From the NCBI RefSeq assembly GCF_056712565.1, contig NZ_CM160072.1: a stretch of DNA of 64,000 nucleotides; one strand, given 5' to 3'. The notes under the pieces were generated by a model. It saw only the letters and a list, made by a program, of their open reading frames with translations, was not told the DNA's origin and did not search any database. The position numbers and the translations under genes are program-made. This document shows, piece after piece, positions 33,440 through 45,404 of the stretch; the stretch's first letter is position 1, and every line of letters starts with the position of its first letter.

Positions 33440-36400
33440 GTGAAGTTTTTTGCCCTCTTCATTTACCGCCCGGTGGCGACGATTTTACTGTCGGTCGCCA
33501 TTACCCTGTGCGGCATACTGGGTTTCCGTATGCTGCCAGTCGCCCCGCTGCCGCAGGTCGATTTTCCGGTGATCATGGTCAGCGCCTCGCTGCCCGGTGC
33601 GTCACCAGAAACAATGGCGTCTTCCGTTGCCACGCCGCTGGAGCGCTCACTTGGGCGCATTGCCGGAGTCAGCGAAATGACCTCCAGCAGTTCGCTCGGC
33701 AGCACGCGCATTATTTTGCAGTTTGATTTTGACCGGGATATCAACGGCGCAGCGCGCGATGTGCAGGCGGCGATCAACGCCGCGCAAAGTCTGCTACCCA
33801 GCGGGATGCCCAGCCGTCCGACCTATCGCAAAGCGAACCCGTCGGATGCGCCAATTATGATCCTCACGCTGACATCCGATACTTATTCGCAGGGTGAACT
33901 GTACGATTTCGCCTCGACACAGCTGGCTCCGACGATTTCGCAAATCGACGGTGTCGGTGATGTCGATGTTGGCGGCAGCTCGCTGCCCGCCGTACGCGTC
34001 GGGCTGAATCCGCAGGCGCTGTTTAATCAGGGCGTCTCGCTGGACGACGTACGCACCGCCATCAGCAATGCCAACGTGCGTAAACCGCAGGGGGCGCTGG
34101 AAGATGGTACTCACCGCTGGCAGATCCAGACTAACGATGAACTGAAAACCGCCGCTGAATATCAGCCACTGATTATTCATTACAACAACGGCGGCGCGGT
34201 TCGTCTGGGCGATGTGGCGACGGTGACCGACTCAGTACAGGATGTGCGCAACGCCGGGATGACCAACGCCAAACCGGCTATTTTGCTGATGATCCGCAAG
34301 CTGCCGGAAGCCAACATTATCCAGACGGTAGACAGCATCCGCGCCCGTCTGCCGGAATTACAATCCACCATCCCGGCAGCAATTGATCTGCAAATTGCCC
34401 AGGATCGCTCCCCTACTATCCGCGCGTCGCTGGAAGAGGTTGAGCAGACGCTGATTATCTCGGTGGCGCTGGTGATTCTGGTGGTGTTTTTGTTCCTGCG
34501 TTCGGGTCGCGCCACCATTATTCCCGCCGTTGCGGTGCCGGTTTCGCTGATTGGTACGTTTGCGGCGATGTACCTGTGTGGTTTCAGTCTCAATAATCTT
34601 TCGTTAATGGCGCTCACCATCGCCACTGGCTTTGTGGTGGATGACGCCATCGTGGTGCTGGAAAACATTGCCCGTCATCTGGAGGCGGGGATGAAACCGC
34701 TACAGGCCGCGCTGCAAGGTACTCGCGAAGTCGGCTTTACGGTGCTGTCGATGAGTCTGTCACTGGTGGCGGTGTTCCTGCCGCTGCTGTTGATGGGCGG
34801 ATTGCCGGGTCGCCTGTTACGCGAGTTTGCCGTGACGCTTTCTGTCGCCATTGGTATTTCGCTGCTGGTTTCCCTGACGTTAACGCCGATGATGTGCGGC
34901 TGGATGCTAAAAGCCAGCAAGCCGCGCGAGCAAAAGCGACTGCGTGGCTTTGGTCGCATGTTGGTAGCCCTGCAACAAGGCTATGGCAAGTCGCTGAAAT
35001 GGGTGCTCAATCATACCCGTCTGGTGGGCGTGGTGCTGCTTGGCACCATTGCGCTGAATATCTGGCTGTATATCTCGATCCCGAAAACCTTCTTCCCGGA
35101 GCAGGACACCGGCGTACTGATGGGCGGGATACAGGCTGACCAGAGTATTTCGTTTCAGGCGATGCGCGGTAAGTTGCAGGACTTCATGAAAATTATCCGT
35201 GACGATCCGGCGGTGGATAATGTCACCGGCTTTACCGGCGGTTCACGGGTGAACAGTGGAATGATGTTTATCACCCTTAAACCACGCGGCGAGCGGAGCG
35301 AAACGGCCCAACAGATTATCGATCGCTTGCGTAAAAAACTGGCGAAAGAACCGGGAGCGAATCTGTTCCTGATGGCGGTACAGGATATTCGCGTTGGCGG
35401 ACGTCAGGCTAACGCCAGTTACCAGTACACGTTGTTATCCGACGACCTGGCGGCACTGCGCGAATGGGAGCCGAAAATCCGCAAAAAACTGGCGACATTG
35501 CCAGAGCTGGCTGATGTTAACTCCGATCAGGAAGATAATGGCGCGGAGATGAACCTTATTTACGATCGCGACACCATGGCGCGATTGGGAATTGACGTGC
35601 AAGCCGCCAACAGCCTGTTAAATAACGCCTTCGGTCAGCGGCAAATCTCGACCATTTACCAGCCGATGAACCAGTACAAAGTGGTGATGGAAGTTGATCC
35701 GCGCTATACCCAGGACATCAGTGCACTGGAAAAAATGTTCGTTATCAATAACGAAGGAAAAGCGATCCCGCTGTCGTATTTCGCTAAATGGCAACCGGCG
35801 AACGCTCCACTGTCGGTGAATCATCAGGGATTATCGGCGGCCTCGACCATTTCGTTCAACCTGCCGACCGGGAAATCGCTCTCGGACGCCAGTGCGGCGA
35901 TCGATCGCGCAATGACCCAGCTTGGTGTGCCTTCGACGGTGCGCGGCAGTTTTGCCGGAACAGCGCAAGTGTTCCAGGAGACGATGAACTCACAGGTGAT
36001 CCTGATTATCGCCGCCATCGCCACGGTATATATCGTACTGGGTATCCTTTACGAGAGTTATGTGCATCCACTGACGATTCTCTCCACCCTACCCTCGGCG
36101 GGCGTCGGAGCGCTGTTGGCGCTGCAGCTGTTCAATGCCCCGTTCAGCCTAATTGCGCTGATAGGGATCATGTTATTAATCGGCATCGTGAAGAAAAACG
36201 CCATTATGATGGTCTATTTTGCGCTTGAAGCCCAACGGCACGGTAACCTGACGCCGCAGGAAGCTATTTTCCAGGCCTGTCTGCTGCGTTTTCGCCCGAT
36301 TATGATGACTACCCTGGCGGCGCTGTTTGGTGCGCTGCCGCTGGTATTGTCGGGCGGTGACGGCTCGGAGTTGCGGCAACCATTGGGGATCACCATTGTC

Positions 36401-36517
36401 GGCGGTCTGGTCATGAGCCAGCTTCTGACGCTGTATACCACGCCGGTGGTGTATCTCTTTTTCGACCGTCTGCGGCTGCGTTTTTCGCGTAAACCTAAAC
36501 AAGCGGTAACCGAGTAA
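33440..36517 (+). CDS. mdtC: RND multidrug efflux transporter MdtC
   Basis: 1025-aa [32 protein letters not shown]. Confidence 0.95.
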   Translation: MKFFALFIYRPVATILLSVAITLCGILGFRMLPVAPLPQVDFPVIMVSASLPGASPETMASSVATPLERSLGRIAGVSEMTSSSSLGSTRIILQFDFDRDINGAARDVQAAINAAQSLLPSGMPSRPTYRKANPSDAPIMILTLTSDTYSQGELYDFASTQLAPTISQIDGVGDVDVGGSSLPAVRVGLNPQALFNQGVSLDDVRTAISNANVRKPQGALEDGTHRWQIQTNDELKTAAEYQPLIIHYNNGGAVRLGDVATVTDSVQDVRNAGMTNAKPAILLMIRKLPEANIIQTVDSIRARLPELQSTIPAAIDLQIAQDRSPTIRASLEEVEQTLIISVALVILVVFLFLRSGRATIIPAVAVPVSLIGTFAAMYLCGFSLNNLSLMALTIATGFVVDDAIVVLENIARHLEAGMKPLQAALQGTREVGFTVLSMSLSLVAVFLPLLLMGGLPGRLLREFAVTLSVAIGISLLVSLTLTPMMCGWMLKASKPREQKRLRGFGRMLVALQQGYGKSLKWVLNHTRLVGVVLLGTIALNIWLYISIPKTFFPEQDTGVLMGGIQADQSISFQAMRGKLQDFMKIIRDDPAVDNVTGFTGGSRVNSGMMFITLKPRGERSETAQQIIDRLRKKLAKEPGANLFLMAVQDIRVGGRQANASYQYTLLSDDLAALREWEPKIRKKLATLPELADVNSDQEDNGAEMNLIYDRDTMARLGIDVQAANSLLNNAFGQRQISTIYQPMNQYKVVMEVDPRYTQDISALEKMFVINNEGKAIPLSYFAKWQPANAPLSVNHQGLSAASTISFNLPTGKSLSDASAAIDRAMTQLGVPSTVRGSFAGTAQVFQETMNSQVILIIAAIATVYIVLGILYESYVHPLTILSTLPSAGVGALLALQLFNAPFSLIALIGIMLLIGIVKKNAIMMVYFALEAQRHGNLTPQEAIFQACLLRFRPIMMTTLAALFGALPLVLSGGDGSELRQPLGITIVGGLVMSQLLTLYTTPVVYLFFDRLRLRFSRKPKQAVTE

Positions 36518-37933
36518 ATGACAGATCTTCCCGACAGCACCCGCTGGCAATTGTGGATTGTGGCTTTCGGCTTCTTTATGCAGTCGCTGGACACCACCAT
36601 CGTTAACACCGCGCTTCCCTCAATGGCGCAAAGCCTCGGGGAAAGTCCGTTGCATATGCACATGGTCATTGTCTCTTATGTACTGACCGTGGCGGTGATG
36701 CTGCCCGCCAGCGGCTGGCTGGCGGACAAAGTCGGCGTGCGCAATATTTTCTTTACCGCCATCGTGCTGTTTACTCTCGGTTCACTGTTTTGCGCGCTTT
36801 CCGGCACGCTGAACGAACTGTTGCTGGCACGCGCGCTACAGGGCGTTGGCGGCGCGATGATGGTGCCGGTCGGCAGGTTGACGGTGATGAAAATCGTACC
36901 ACGCGAGCAATATATGGCGGCGATGACCTTTGTCACGCTGCCCGGTCAGGTCGGGCCGCTGCTTGGCCCGGCGCTCGGAGGTCTGCTGGTGGAGTACGCA
37001 TCGTGGCACTGGATCTTTTTGATCAACATTCCGGTGGGGATTATTGGCGCGATCGCCACACTGATGTTAATGCCGAACTACACCATGCAGACGCGGCGCT
37101 TTGATCTCTCCGGCTTTCTGTTGCTGGCGGTTGGCATGGCAGTCTTAACCCTGGCGCTGGACGGCAGTAAAGGTACAGGTTTCTCGCCGCTGGCGATTGC
37201 TGGCCTGGTCGCAGTTGGCGTGGTAGCACTGGTGCTTTATCTGCTGCACGCCCAAAATAACAACCGCGCCCTGTTCAGTCTGAAACTGTTCCGCACTCGT
37301 ACCTTTTCGCTGGGCCTGGCGGGGAGCTTTGCCGGACGTATTGGCAGTGGCATGTTGCCCTTTATGACACCGGTTTTCCTGCAAATTGGTCTCGGTTTCT
37401 CGCCGTTTCATGCCGGACTGATGATGATCCCGATGGTACTCGGCAGCATGGGAATGAAGCGAATTGTGGTACAGGTAGTGAATCGCTTTGGTTATCGTCG
37501 GGTACTGGTGGCGACCACGCTGGGCCTGTCGCTGGTCACCCTGTTGTTTATGACTACCGCTCTGCTGGGCTGGTACTACGTTTTGCCGTTCGTCCTGTTT
37601 TTACAAGGAATGGTCAACTCGACGCGTTTCTCCTCCATGAACACCCTGACGCTGAAAGATCTCCCGGACAACCTGGCGAGCAGCGGCAACAGTCTGCTGT
37701 CGATGATTATGCAATTGTCGATGAGTATTGGCGTCACCATCGCCGGGCTGTTGCTGGGACTTTTTGGTTCGCAGCATGTCAGCGTCGACAGCGGCACCAC
37801 ACAAACCGTCTTTATGTACACCTGGCTTAGCATGGCGTTTATCATCGCCCTTCCGGCGTTTGTCTTTGCCAGAGTGCCGAGCGATACGCATCAAAATGTG
37901 GCTATTTCACGGCGAAAAAGGAGCGCGCAATGA
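36518..37933 (+). CDS. mdtD: MFS transporter MdtD
   Basis: 471-aa ORF with 14-TM MFS pattern. Confidence 0.93.
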   Translation: MTDLPDSTRWQLWIVAFGFFMQSLDTTIVNTALPSMAQSLGESPLHMHMVIVSYVLTVAVMLPASGWLADKVGVRNIFFTAIVLFTLGSLFCALSGTLNELLLARALQGVGGAMMVPVGRLTVMKIVPREQYMAAMTFVTLPGQVGPLLGPALGGLLVEYASWHWIFLINIPVGIIGAIATLMLMPNYTMQTRRFDLSGFLLLAVGMAVLTLALDGSKGTGFSPLAIAGLVAVGVVALVLYLLHAQNNNRALFSLKLFRTRTFSLGLAGSFAGRIGSGMLPFMTPVFLQIGLGFSPFHAGLMMIPMVLGSMGMKRIVVQVVNRFGYRRVLVATTLGLSLVTLLFMTTALLGWYYVLPFVLFLQGMVNSTRFSSMNTLTLKDLPDNLASSGNSLLSMIMQLSMSIGVTIAGLLLGLFGSQHVSVDSGTTQTVFMYTWLSMAFIIALPAFVFARVPSDTHQNVAISRRKRSAQ

Positions 37934-39333
37934 AGTTCTGGCGACCCGGTATTACCGGCAAACTGTTTCTGGCGATTTTCGCCACCTGCATTGTCTTATT
38001 GATCACGATGCACTGGGCGGTACGTATCAGTTTTGAGCGCGGCTTTATCGATTACATCAAGCATGGTAATGAACAACGGCTGCAAATGCTCGGCGATGCG
38101 CTTGGTGAGCAGTACGCCCAGCACGGGAACTGGCGCTTCCTGCGTAATAACGATCGCTTTGTATTTCAGATCCTACGTTCACTGGAGCATGATAACAACG
38201 AAGATAAGCCCGGCCCCGGTATGCCACCACACGGCTGGCGCACGCAATTTTGGGTGGTTGATCAAAATAATAAAGTGCTGGTTGGCCCGCGAGCACCGGT
38301 TCCACCCGACGGCACACGGCGGCCCATTATGGTCAATGGTGCGGAAGTTGGCGCGGTGATCGCCTCCCCTGTTGAACGACTGACCCGTAATACTGATATC
38401 AATTTTGACAGACAACAGCGGCAAACCAGTTGGCTGATTGTGGCTTTATCTACCTTATTAGCGGCGCTGGCGACATTCCCACTGGCGCGCGGTTTGCTGG
38501 CTCCGGTAAAACGACTGGTGGATGGCACGCACAAACTGGCAGCGGGTGATTTCACTACTCGCGTAGCCCCCACCAGCGAAGATGAGTTGGGCAGACTGGC
38601 AGAGGATTTCAATCAACTCGCCAGCACACTGGAGAAAAACCAGCAGATGCGCCGCGATTTTATGGCCGATATTTCTCATGAACTGCGCACGCCTTTAGCA
38701 GTACTGCGCGGCGAACTGGAAGCCATTCAGGATGGTGTGCGTAAATTCACGCCGGAGACGCTGGCTTCTTTACAGGCAGAAGTCGGAACACTGACAAAAC
38801 TGGTTGACGATCTCCATCAATTGTCTATGTCTGATGAAGGCGCTCTCGCCTATCAAAAAGCACCGGTAGATTTGATCCCACTGCTGGAAGTGGCGGGAGG
38901 CGCATTTCGCGAACGATTCGCCAGCCGTGGCCTGAAATTGCAATTTTCCCTGCCAGACAGTATTACCGTATTTGGCGATCGCGATCGTTTAATGCAGTTG
39001 TTCAATAACTTACTGGAAAACAGCCTGCGCTACACTGACAGCGGCGGCAGCCTGAAAATCTCTGCCGAACAGCACGACAAAACGGTGCGCCTGACCTTTG
39101 CCGACAGTGCGCCGGGTGTCAGTGACGATCAGCTACAAAAATTGTTTGAACGTTTTTATCGCACCGAAGGTTCCCGCAACCGCGCCAGCGGTGGTTCCGG
39201 GCTGGGGCTGGCGATTTGCCTGAACATTGTTGAAGCACATAACGGCCGCATTATTGCCGCCCATTCGCCTTTTGGCGGGCTTAGCATTACAGTAGAGTTA
39301 CCGCTGGAACGGGATTTACAGAGAGAAGTATGA
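37930..39333 (+). CDS. baeS: Envelope-stress sensor histidine kinase BaeS
   Basis: 467-aa ORF; H-box ISHELRTPL; HAMP and ATPase motifs. Confidence 0.93.
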
Positions 39334-40052
39334 CCGAGTTACCAATCGACGAAAACACACCGCGTATTTTGATCGTGGAAGATGAACCGAAGCTGGGGCA
39401 GTTGCTCATTGATTATCTGCGTGCTGCGAGCTATGCGCCAACGTTGATTAGCCACGGCGATCAGGTACTGCCATATGTGCGCCAGACACCACCGGATCTG
39501 ATCCTGTTGGATCTGATGCTCCCTGGCACCGATGGCCTGACGCTGTGCCGGGAAATTCGTCGTTTTTCTGACATTCCGATCGTGATGGTGACGGCAAAAA
39601 TCGAAGAGATCGACCGCCTGCTGGGGTTGGAGATTGGCGCAGATGACTATATCTGCAAGCCGTACAGCCCACGGGAAGTGGTAGCGCGCGTCAAAACCAT
39701 TTTGCGCCGTTGCAAACCGCAGCGTGAGTTGCAGCAACAGGATGCTGAAAGCCCGTTGATTATCGACGAAGGTCGTTTTCAGGCTTCCTGGCGCGGTAAA
39801 ATGCTTGACCTGACGCCTGCAGAATTTCGTCTGCTGAAAACGCTCTCTCATGAACCAGGAAAAGTGTTCTCCCGCGAGCAGTTGCTGAACCATCTTTATG
39901 ACGACTACCGCGTGGTAACCGACCGTACCATCGACAGCCACATTAAAAACCTGCGCCGCAAGCTGGAATCTCTCGACGCCGAACAGTCATTTATCCGCGC
40001 CGTTTACGGCGTCGGTTACCGCTGGGAAGCCGACGCCTGCCGCATCGTTTAA
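39330..40052 (+). CDS. baeR: OmpR-family response regulator BaeR
   Basis: 240-aa ORF; receiver domain and winged-helix C-terminus. Confidence 0.95.
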
Positions 40053-40231
40053 CATTTTTACCTGCCGGAGATGGCCTTCAGACCAGATCCGGCAACATTA
40101 TCCCACGCATGGTCAGCAAACTGACATTATCTCTCCGCCCTGGCAGGCACCAGAAAATCGCTCATACTTTAATTGGCAAACAGTACCTTTAGATGCTGTT
40201 TTCGATACGCAATTTCAATCAAGGAGTCATT

Positions 40232-40564
40232 ATGGCTGGTTGGTTTGAACTCAGTAAGAGCAGTGATAATCAGTTCCGGTTTGTGCTAAAAGCGGGCAAT
40301 GGTGAGACTATCCTCACCAGCGAGCTGTATACCTCAAAAGCCTCTGCGGAAAAGGGCATCGCGTCGGTGCGTAGCAACAGCCCGCAAGAAGAACGCTATG
40401 AGAAAAAAACGGCAAGCAATGGCAAATTCTATTTCAATCTGAAAGCCGCCAATCATCAAATTATCGGCTCCAGCCAGATGTATGCCACCGCGCAATCTCG
40501 TGAAACCGGAATTGCCTCCGTTAAAGTAAATGGCACAAGCCAGACGGTGAAAGACAATACGTAA
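40232..40564 (+). CDS. yegP: YegP (UPF0339 / DUF1508 tandem-repeat small protein)
   Basis: ORF 40193..40564; start set at MAGWFELSKSSDNQFRFVLKAGNGE with AAGGAG Shine-Dalgarno; internally repeated motif. Confidence 0.85.
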   Translation: MAGWFELSKSSDNQFRFVLKAGNGETILTSELYTSKASAEKGIASVRSNSPQEERYEKKTASNGKFYFNLKAANHQIIGSSQMYATAQSRETGIASVKVNGTSQTVKDNT

Positions 40565-40571
40565 TTACGAT

Positions 40572-40606
40572 GCCGGGCGTAGGTTGTTGGCGTCCGGCTT
40601 TATATC
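40572..40606 (+). terminator. Putative intrinsic terminator after yegP
   Basis: Imperfect GC hairpin gccgggcg...cgtccggc followed by tttatatc. Confidence 0.4.
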
Positions 40607-40688
40607 AAAATAACGCTTATTTATTGATAATTAAGATTAACCTCCGTCATTAAAATAATGAGTAAATAAGTTTCAGTATCAGAATTTA

Positions 40689-41303
40689 TCACGCCCCACA
40701 ATCACCAATCTGATCCACCACCGTCAGATACCAGTCACTGTCATAACTGTAAAGTTGACTTAAATAAAATACCAGTCCATCGTTACTCTCTTCTGGCGCA
40801 GCGACCACACGCACGGCCCCGTATTCCATTCGACGCGCTGCGGCAATCTGCGCATCAGAAATAGTATTTTGCGGTGAACCAAACATCTGCGTGAAGACCA
40901 AACTACGGCTGACTTTATGGTGAACATCGCTATTGCTAATAAAATACCCCTGCTTATTCCAGCCACGTTCGCAGTTAAATTTCGGGATAGCTTTCTTATT
41001 AAATTCGTCATCTCGCGGAACATGTTCCCCTGCCGAGGGCCATGGGAAATACTCGGGAACAGGTTGCCTGAAATTAATTTGCTTAAGATTTTCAACATCC
41101 ATCGAAGCACCACGGTGGAAAAGAACATACAAACCCGTTTTTTTATCAATTAACGAGTTGATTAATTGGGCATCTTCTTGCTGAAAGCCCATAATCACCT
41201 TTCTGGCTGTTTCCTCCAGCGTACACCCGGCATTGGCGGGTAAAGAAAAGAATATCAGCCCCACCAGCATCATTCCTTTTTTTAACATCAGCATTGTTTG
41301 CAT
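40689..41303 (-). CDS. Accessory island gene A: secreted/periplasmic protein of unknown function (signal peptide, AXA-type cleavage site ANA-G)
   Basis: 204-aa ORF MQTMLMLKKGMMLVGLIFFSLPANAGC; last gene of a four-gene minus-strand operon; no family recognised. Confidence 0.55.
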   Translation of the reverse strand: MQTMLMLKKGMMLVGLIFFSLPANAGCTLEETARKVIMGFQQEDAQLINSLIDKKTGLYVLFHRGASMDVENLKQINFRQPVPEYFPWPSAGEHVPRDDEFNKKAIPKFNCERGWNKQGYFISNSDVHHKVSRSLVFTQMFGSPQNTISDAQIAAARRMEYGAVRVVAAPEESNDGLVFYLSQLYSYDSDWYLTVVDQIGDCGA

Positions 41304-41354
41304 CTTCTCATCATGGGGCTCATATTACACATTTAACAATTTTCAGGATAAACC

Positions 41355-43463
41355 TTACACCATACTGTTAACCTGGCCGGGTAATTCGCTAGCTGGAATA
41401 CGAAAGGTATACCAGGCATAACGACAGCGTTTCCACAGGCTGGAGAAATGGAGATGATAAAGGCAATCTGCAATAATTTCGTTATCTGGATATAAAGACT
41501 CGGCAAAATGTGTCCAGCGCGCACTGAGTTTCATGTTAAACAGTTTTTCATCTTCTTTGTTACCATACAGGCGCGACAAAGTAATCATTGCTTCGAGCGT
41601 ACCTTTATTCGCTTCTTCTTGTACCTGTTGGAGGTGCAAATGAGCAAGTGAGAGTTCTTTCACCTCAAAGATATTAAGTAAAAAAAGCCCCCATGCTTTT
41701 TCATGTCCAGCTTCATGAGCCAGAAATAAATTGTCAAGGAGATTTTTTTCATAAATAGCCCGTGTTTCTTTAGAAATTTCTTGTTTATTTAGTGCCTGGT
41801 AGCAGATAGCAATGCTAAAATAAATATTTTGTAGATCTTGTTGATGTTCGCTATAACCATAATTTTTTACCAGTGGATAAGATACCGAGCTATGGAAATT
41901 TAGGTCATCTTGAAGTATTTTAAGTGCCCGTCGAAAATACTCCAAAGCTGTAGATGGTTCATAAGGTAATTTTGTATTGTCTTCCTTATCCAAATATTCA
42001 AGAGCAACTAAATTTAATGCGGCAGGAATATTTCTTTGCTTACCAATTGTCGCAAGCGGAATGAAATAATCAGAAAGGTCAAACCAACTCAAATCTTTTA
42101 TTGCCGACCGCCAATTATGATTGTATTTAATGTCACTAGCTTTTTCCAGCCAAGCATCGCCCTGCCCTTCATCTTTTTCAAAACCCAAAATACCCTCTCG
42201 CTGGAAAAACCCCCTATAAATAACAGGTGTAGCATAAGTTGTATTCTGTGAATTTTGGCAGATAAAATTATATATCCAGAATGAATCTGGATAATAACTT
42301 AATGCAAATTTTATCGCGTACGCAGTGTAATAATTATTGAGCTTCATGTCTTCCATCACCGCTCGCTGTATACAGCACCACAACTTATCGTGATCGTTCT
42401 GCTTGTTATAGCAGGCAAGTAACCACTCTAGGGCATTATGGCGACATTCCTGAAATTGTGCGTACTGAGCAATATTCTCTGCTAAGTCGATTGCATATTG
42501 TTGCTCCTCGGGCGCAATGTCCTCAATGCTGACATCTCGGTAATCATCCCACCAAAGTAAGAGATCCATATAGTCATGTTCTTCGGTAGATAAGTGCTTA
42601 CAGGTTACTGAATCCAGCAATTCGGAAATTTCTTTATGCGACCCTCCCCAGCGTGGCATTCGAAATGGTATATATTCAACAAAAGGATAAAAAGTGTGAG
42701 GAAAAATAGTCAGGCAAACAGAAAGCCAATATTTTTGCCCACCATCATCATCATACTCAGGAAGTATATTGGGGCGAGGCAAAACGGGGCATATTGCATG
42801 CTCAAACGAAAGTCCGGAATACGCCATCAACGCTTCCACTTCTTGCGGGGAGCGGCGGTGATAATTTTTCAGTGCGATCATTAATGGTATTCCTGCGACA
42901 CTATCACCGTTAAGGTGTGCCGCCAGCCAGGCTGGCTGACCAAATACTTTTGAGTTGGTGCTGGTAAGTAATGCAGCCATCCATTGTCGTGGGTCACAAT
43001 CAATTGCTTTAAGTGTAGCGATGACCATTTGTTCATTACATGCACCAGCACAAAGCCACATTGCATGTGTGGTATCATTTGCCCAGCCATAACTGCGATA
43101 TAACCATGCACGGTGATTCCAGTATTGTGCTTCGGCAAGCCAGGCATGTGTAGAATGAGGTCTTGCTTGCTGCCAGGTTTTAATGAGTCTTAAACCTTCT
43201 GTTCCGGCATCAACTAGCGTGTTCATATCATAAAAATAGTTGCACATTTGGGTCCAGGATAAAAAATAGCGCTTTTCAGCCTGACGAGAAGTGAAACTCT
43301 CCTGTAATACCTGGTTATAAATTTCATCTAGTTCCTGATAACGTTTTTCTTGTAACATATAAGGAATATTTGCGATTTGCCATTTTCTCTCAAGAGTATT
43401 AAGTGGCATTTTTTGGTCACACATCTTTTGCATTGCACTGAGTAAACGAGCATCCTGTTCCAT
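41355..43463 (-). CDS. Accessory island gene B: large (~700 aa) Trp/Tyr-rich cytoplasmic protein of unknown function, possibly helical-repeat
   Basis: ORF 41355..43502; start set at MEQDARLLSAMQKM, which has an AAGGA Shine-Dalgarno and leaves a 10-nt gap after gene C; no family confidently recognised. Confidence 0.55.
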   Translation of the reverse strand: MEQDARLLSAMQKMCDQKMPLNTLERKWQIANIPYMLQEKRYQELDEIYNQVLQESFTSRQAEKRYFLSWTQMCNYFYDMNTLVDAGTEGLRLIKTWQQARPHSTHAWLAEAQYWNHRAWLYRSYGWANDTTHAMWLCAGACNEQMVIATLKAIDCDPRQWMAALLTSTNSKVFGQPAWLAAHLNGDSVAGIPLMIALKNYHRRSPQEVEALMAYSGLSFEHAICPVLPRPNILPEYDDDGGQKYWLSVCLTIFPHTFYPFVEYIPFRMPRWGGSHKEISELLDSVTCKHLSTEEHDYMDLLLWWDDYRDVSIEDIAPEEQQYAIDLAENIAQYAQFQECRHNALEWLLACYNKQNDHDKLWCCIQRAVMEDMKLNNYYTAYAIKFALSYYPDSFWIYNFICQNSQNTTYATPVIYRGFFQREGILGFEKDEGQGDAWLEKASDIKYNHNWRSAIKDLSWFDLSDYFIPLATIGKQRNIPAALNLVALEYLDKEDNTKLPYEPSTALEYFRRALKILQDDLNFHSSVSYPLVKNYGYSEHQQDLQNIYFSIAICYQALNKQEISKETRAIYEKNLLDNLFLAHEAGHEKAWGLFLLNIFEVKELSLAHLHLQQVQEEANKGTLEAMITLSRLYGNKEDEKLFNMKLSARWTHFAESLYPDNEIIADCLYHLHFSSLWKRCRYAWYTFRIPASELPGQVNSMV

Positions 43464-43473
43464 AGATATCCTT

Positions 43474-44190
43474 TTAATTAGGTTCAAAAATTTTAAATTC
43501 ATTCCACGGCAATTTTTTCCAGTTACTGGATGGATCTTTCAACCATGCAGTGACTTCCTTTAAATCACGGTTCGCAGTGGCGACGGGGGTATCGTATATC
43601 ATTAACCATTTTTGTCGGGCGCGAACATAAGCACTGGCATAATCTTCCCATGAAGCGAAACAATCTTGTGCTCTTTGAGCATTCAGTAATAACACTATCC
43701 AGGCCTGGTTTTCATCGCACCAGCCTAAACCGGCGATGCAACGAGTTAAAAAAGCAGTGCGCATACAGTCAAACGCCAGCCCATCCAGAACCTGGCCTTG
43801 TGCTGCCAGTTGTTCGTAAAAATCATGTGGAGAATTACCAAGCCCTGTAGCCCAGCGCTGTAATATAACGCCAATTTGTTGACGGAAATCTTCGTTGCTT
43901 TGGTAAGTTTCTGTTCCTAGCTCTTGTTTAACCTGTAGTGCAAGTTGTTGACGCTTATCATCAGTCAACTTTAAATCTAACGTGAAGCCATTTACTGACA
44001 GTCCATTACGACGAGCAACTATATCACCAATTGCTAATGCCCACTTACGTCTCTTTGTTGCTCGTCTTTTGTCCTTGATTAGATCCTTTTCTTTTTCTTT
44101 AGCAATAAAAGCATCGATTTGTGGTTTGTTTTTTTTGTATCTATAGATAAAAATAAATATTGCGACCAGGAGAACAATGATAAGACTCAT
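43474..44190 (-). CDS. Accessory island gene C: single-pass membrane-anchored protein of unknown function (possibly DUF1266-like, unverified)
   Basis: 238-aa ORF; N-terminal TM helix MSLIIVLLVAIFIFIY then soluble domain; start ATG shares one base with gene D stop (TAATG). Confidence 0.55.
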   Translation of the reverse strand: MSLIIVLLVAIFIFIYRYKKNKPQIDAFIAKEKEKDLIKDKRRATKRRKWALAIGDIVARRNGLSVNGFTLDLKLTDDKRQQLALQVKQELGTETYQSNEDFRQQIGVILQRWATGLGNSPHDFYEQLAAQGQVLDGLAFDCMRTAFLTRCIAGLGWCDENQAWIVLLLNAQRAQDCFASWEDYASAYVRARQKWLMIYDTPVATANRDLKEVTAWLKDPSSNWKKLPWNEFKIFEPN

Positions 44191-45404
44191 TATTTTTCAA
44201 CCTCTGACAGGGGTAAGTAATGAGATGTCTGTAATGTCAAACTCTCTATCTCAAAGGAAATGTTGCTGATATTTTGACCTGCAAATTGCGGATGCCACTC
44301 AGCGCCAGGGAATAACATTTCCGCAGAAGTAGCAACTATAGGGTCAATAGCATTAAGATAATGTAACTTATCAGGTGCGCTGTGTAACAGTAACCACTGC
44401 AACTCCACTGAAGGATTTGTAAAATGTTCTAATAAATGAAAGTTATTATGTAGTACGCTTAGTAAAAAACTGGTTTCGTATACTTCCGTTACATATTTCC
44501 ACCCCTGATATTCAGGTGTATTTTCATAAACAATACCCATACCTTCACAATCACTATGTCGAACTGCTTGTGGTGATAATAGTTGCAAAAGAGACAAAAC
44601 ATCGTCCGCATATTTTTTAACTGGATGACGATTTTGCTTACCTTTTATTTGATCAATTTCAAGTGAATCACCAACAACATTGAGAGCAATAGTAACATGA
44701 GGAATATTATTATTATCACGCAAACTGAATAACCGTAATTTATGTTGCTCAATTTGATTTGCATAATACTCACCATAACCACCGGTAAGATTTTTTCGAT
44801 CATCAAACTGGCCTACGCAATGTTGCATATGCCATGATTCATAAGCCATTTCACGACGAAGGTTCGAATGACTGGCATCAAACTCAACAATTTTTCCGTC
44901 TGGCACATCAAGTATTGACTTTACAGTATTTTGTTCACTCGGCTGCCACCCTTTCTCGCGTCGTTGAAGCATCTTTTCATGCTCTTCTTCACGCATTCTG
45001 AACGCAACGTAGCAGGTTATGCGCTGTAGTTTTGATTCCAGACGGGTACCACATTTCCTGGAAAGAAATTCCACCAACTCCCGTTCTTTGGTTAATATTT
45101 GTTGATGATCGGTTTCGATATAATAAAGTGTCGCAGTTGATACTGAGGCAGTATTAAACTTCGATACCAGCCATTCCGGGATTACATCATCATTTTTATT
45201 AAACAGTGAATATTCTGCAAGCGAGTTAATTTGTTGCACCATTGGAAAGTCACTAATTAGCCATCGATAAAAATGGTTGAGTAACCATTTTTGGATGGTC
45301 TCATTATCCTGGCGAAACAGACTTCTTTGCAAAATTGCTGTTTTTACTTCCGGGGCATTAATTACATCCCTTGCATTATAATTCTGGTGAATATTTCCAG
45401 TCAT
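44190..45404 (-). CDS. Accessory island gene D: 404-aa cytoplasmic protein of unknown function (possible PcfJ-like domain around WHMQHCVGQ; unverified)
   Basis: First gene of the operon; AT-rich codon usage; motif ESWHMQHCVGQFDDRKNLTGGYGEYYANQ. Confidence 0.55.
   Translation of the reverse strand: MTGNIHQNYNARDVINAPEVKTAILQRSLFRQDNETIQKWLLNHFYRWLISDFPMVQQINSLAEYSLFNKNDDVIPEWLVSKFNTASVSTATLYYIETDHQQILTKERELVEFLSRKCGTRLESKLQRITCYVAFRMREEEHEKMLQRREKGWQPSEQNTVKSILDVPDGKIVEFDASHSNLRREMAYESWHMQHCVGQFDDRKNLTGGYGEYYANQIEQHKLRLFSLRDNNNIPHVTIALNVVGDSLEIDQIKGKQNRHPVKKYADDVLSLLQLLSPQAVRHSDCEGMGIVYENTPEYQGWKYVTEVYETSFLLSVLHNNFHLLEHFTNPSVELQWLLLHSAPDKLHYLNAIDPIVATSAEMLFPGAEWHPQFAGQNISNISFEIESLTLQTSHYLPLSEVEK

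Noticed and set aside
30407-36669. Numerous 60 to 160-aa ORFs on both strands within mdtB/mdtC/mdtD
   Set aside because: All overlap the long, well-supported RND/MFS transporter frames; no independent start signals.
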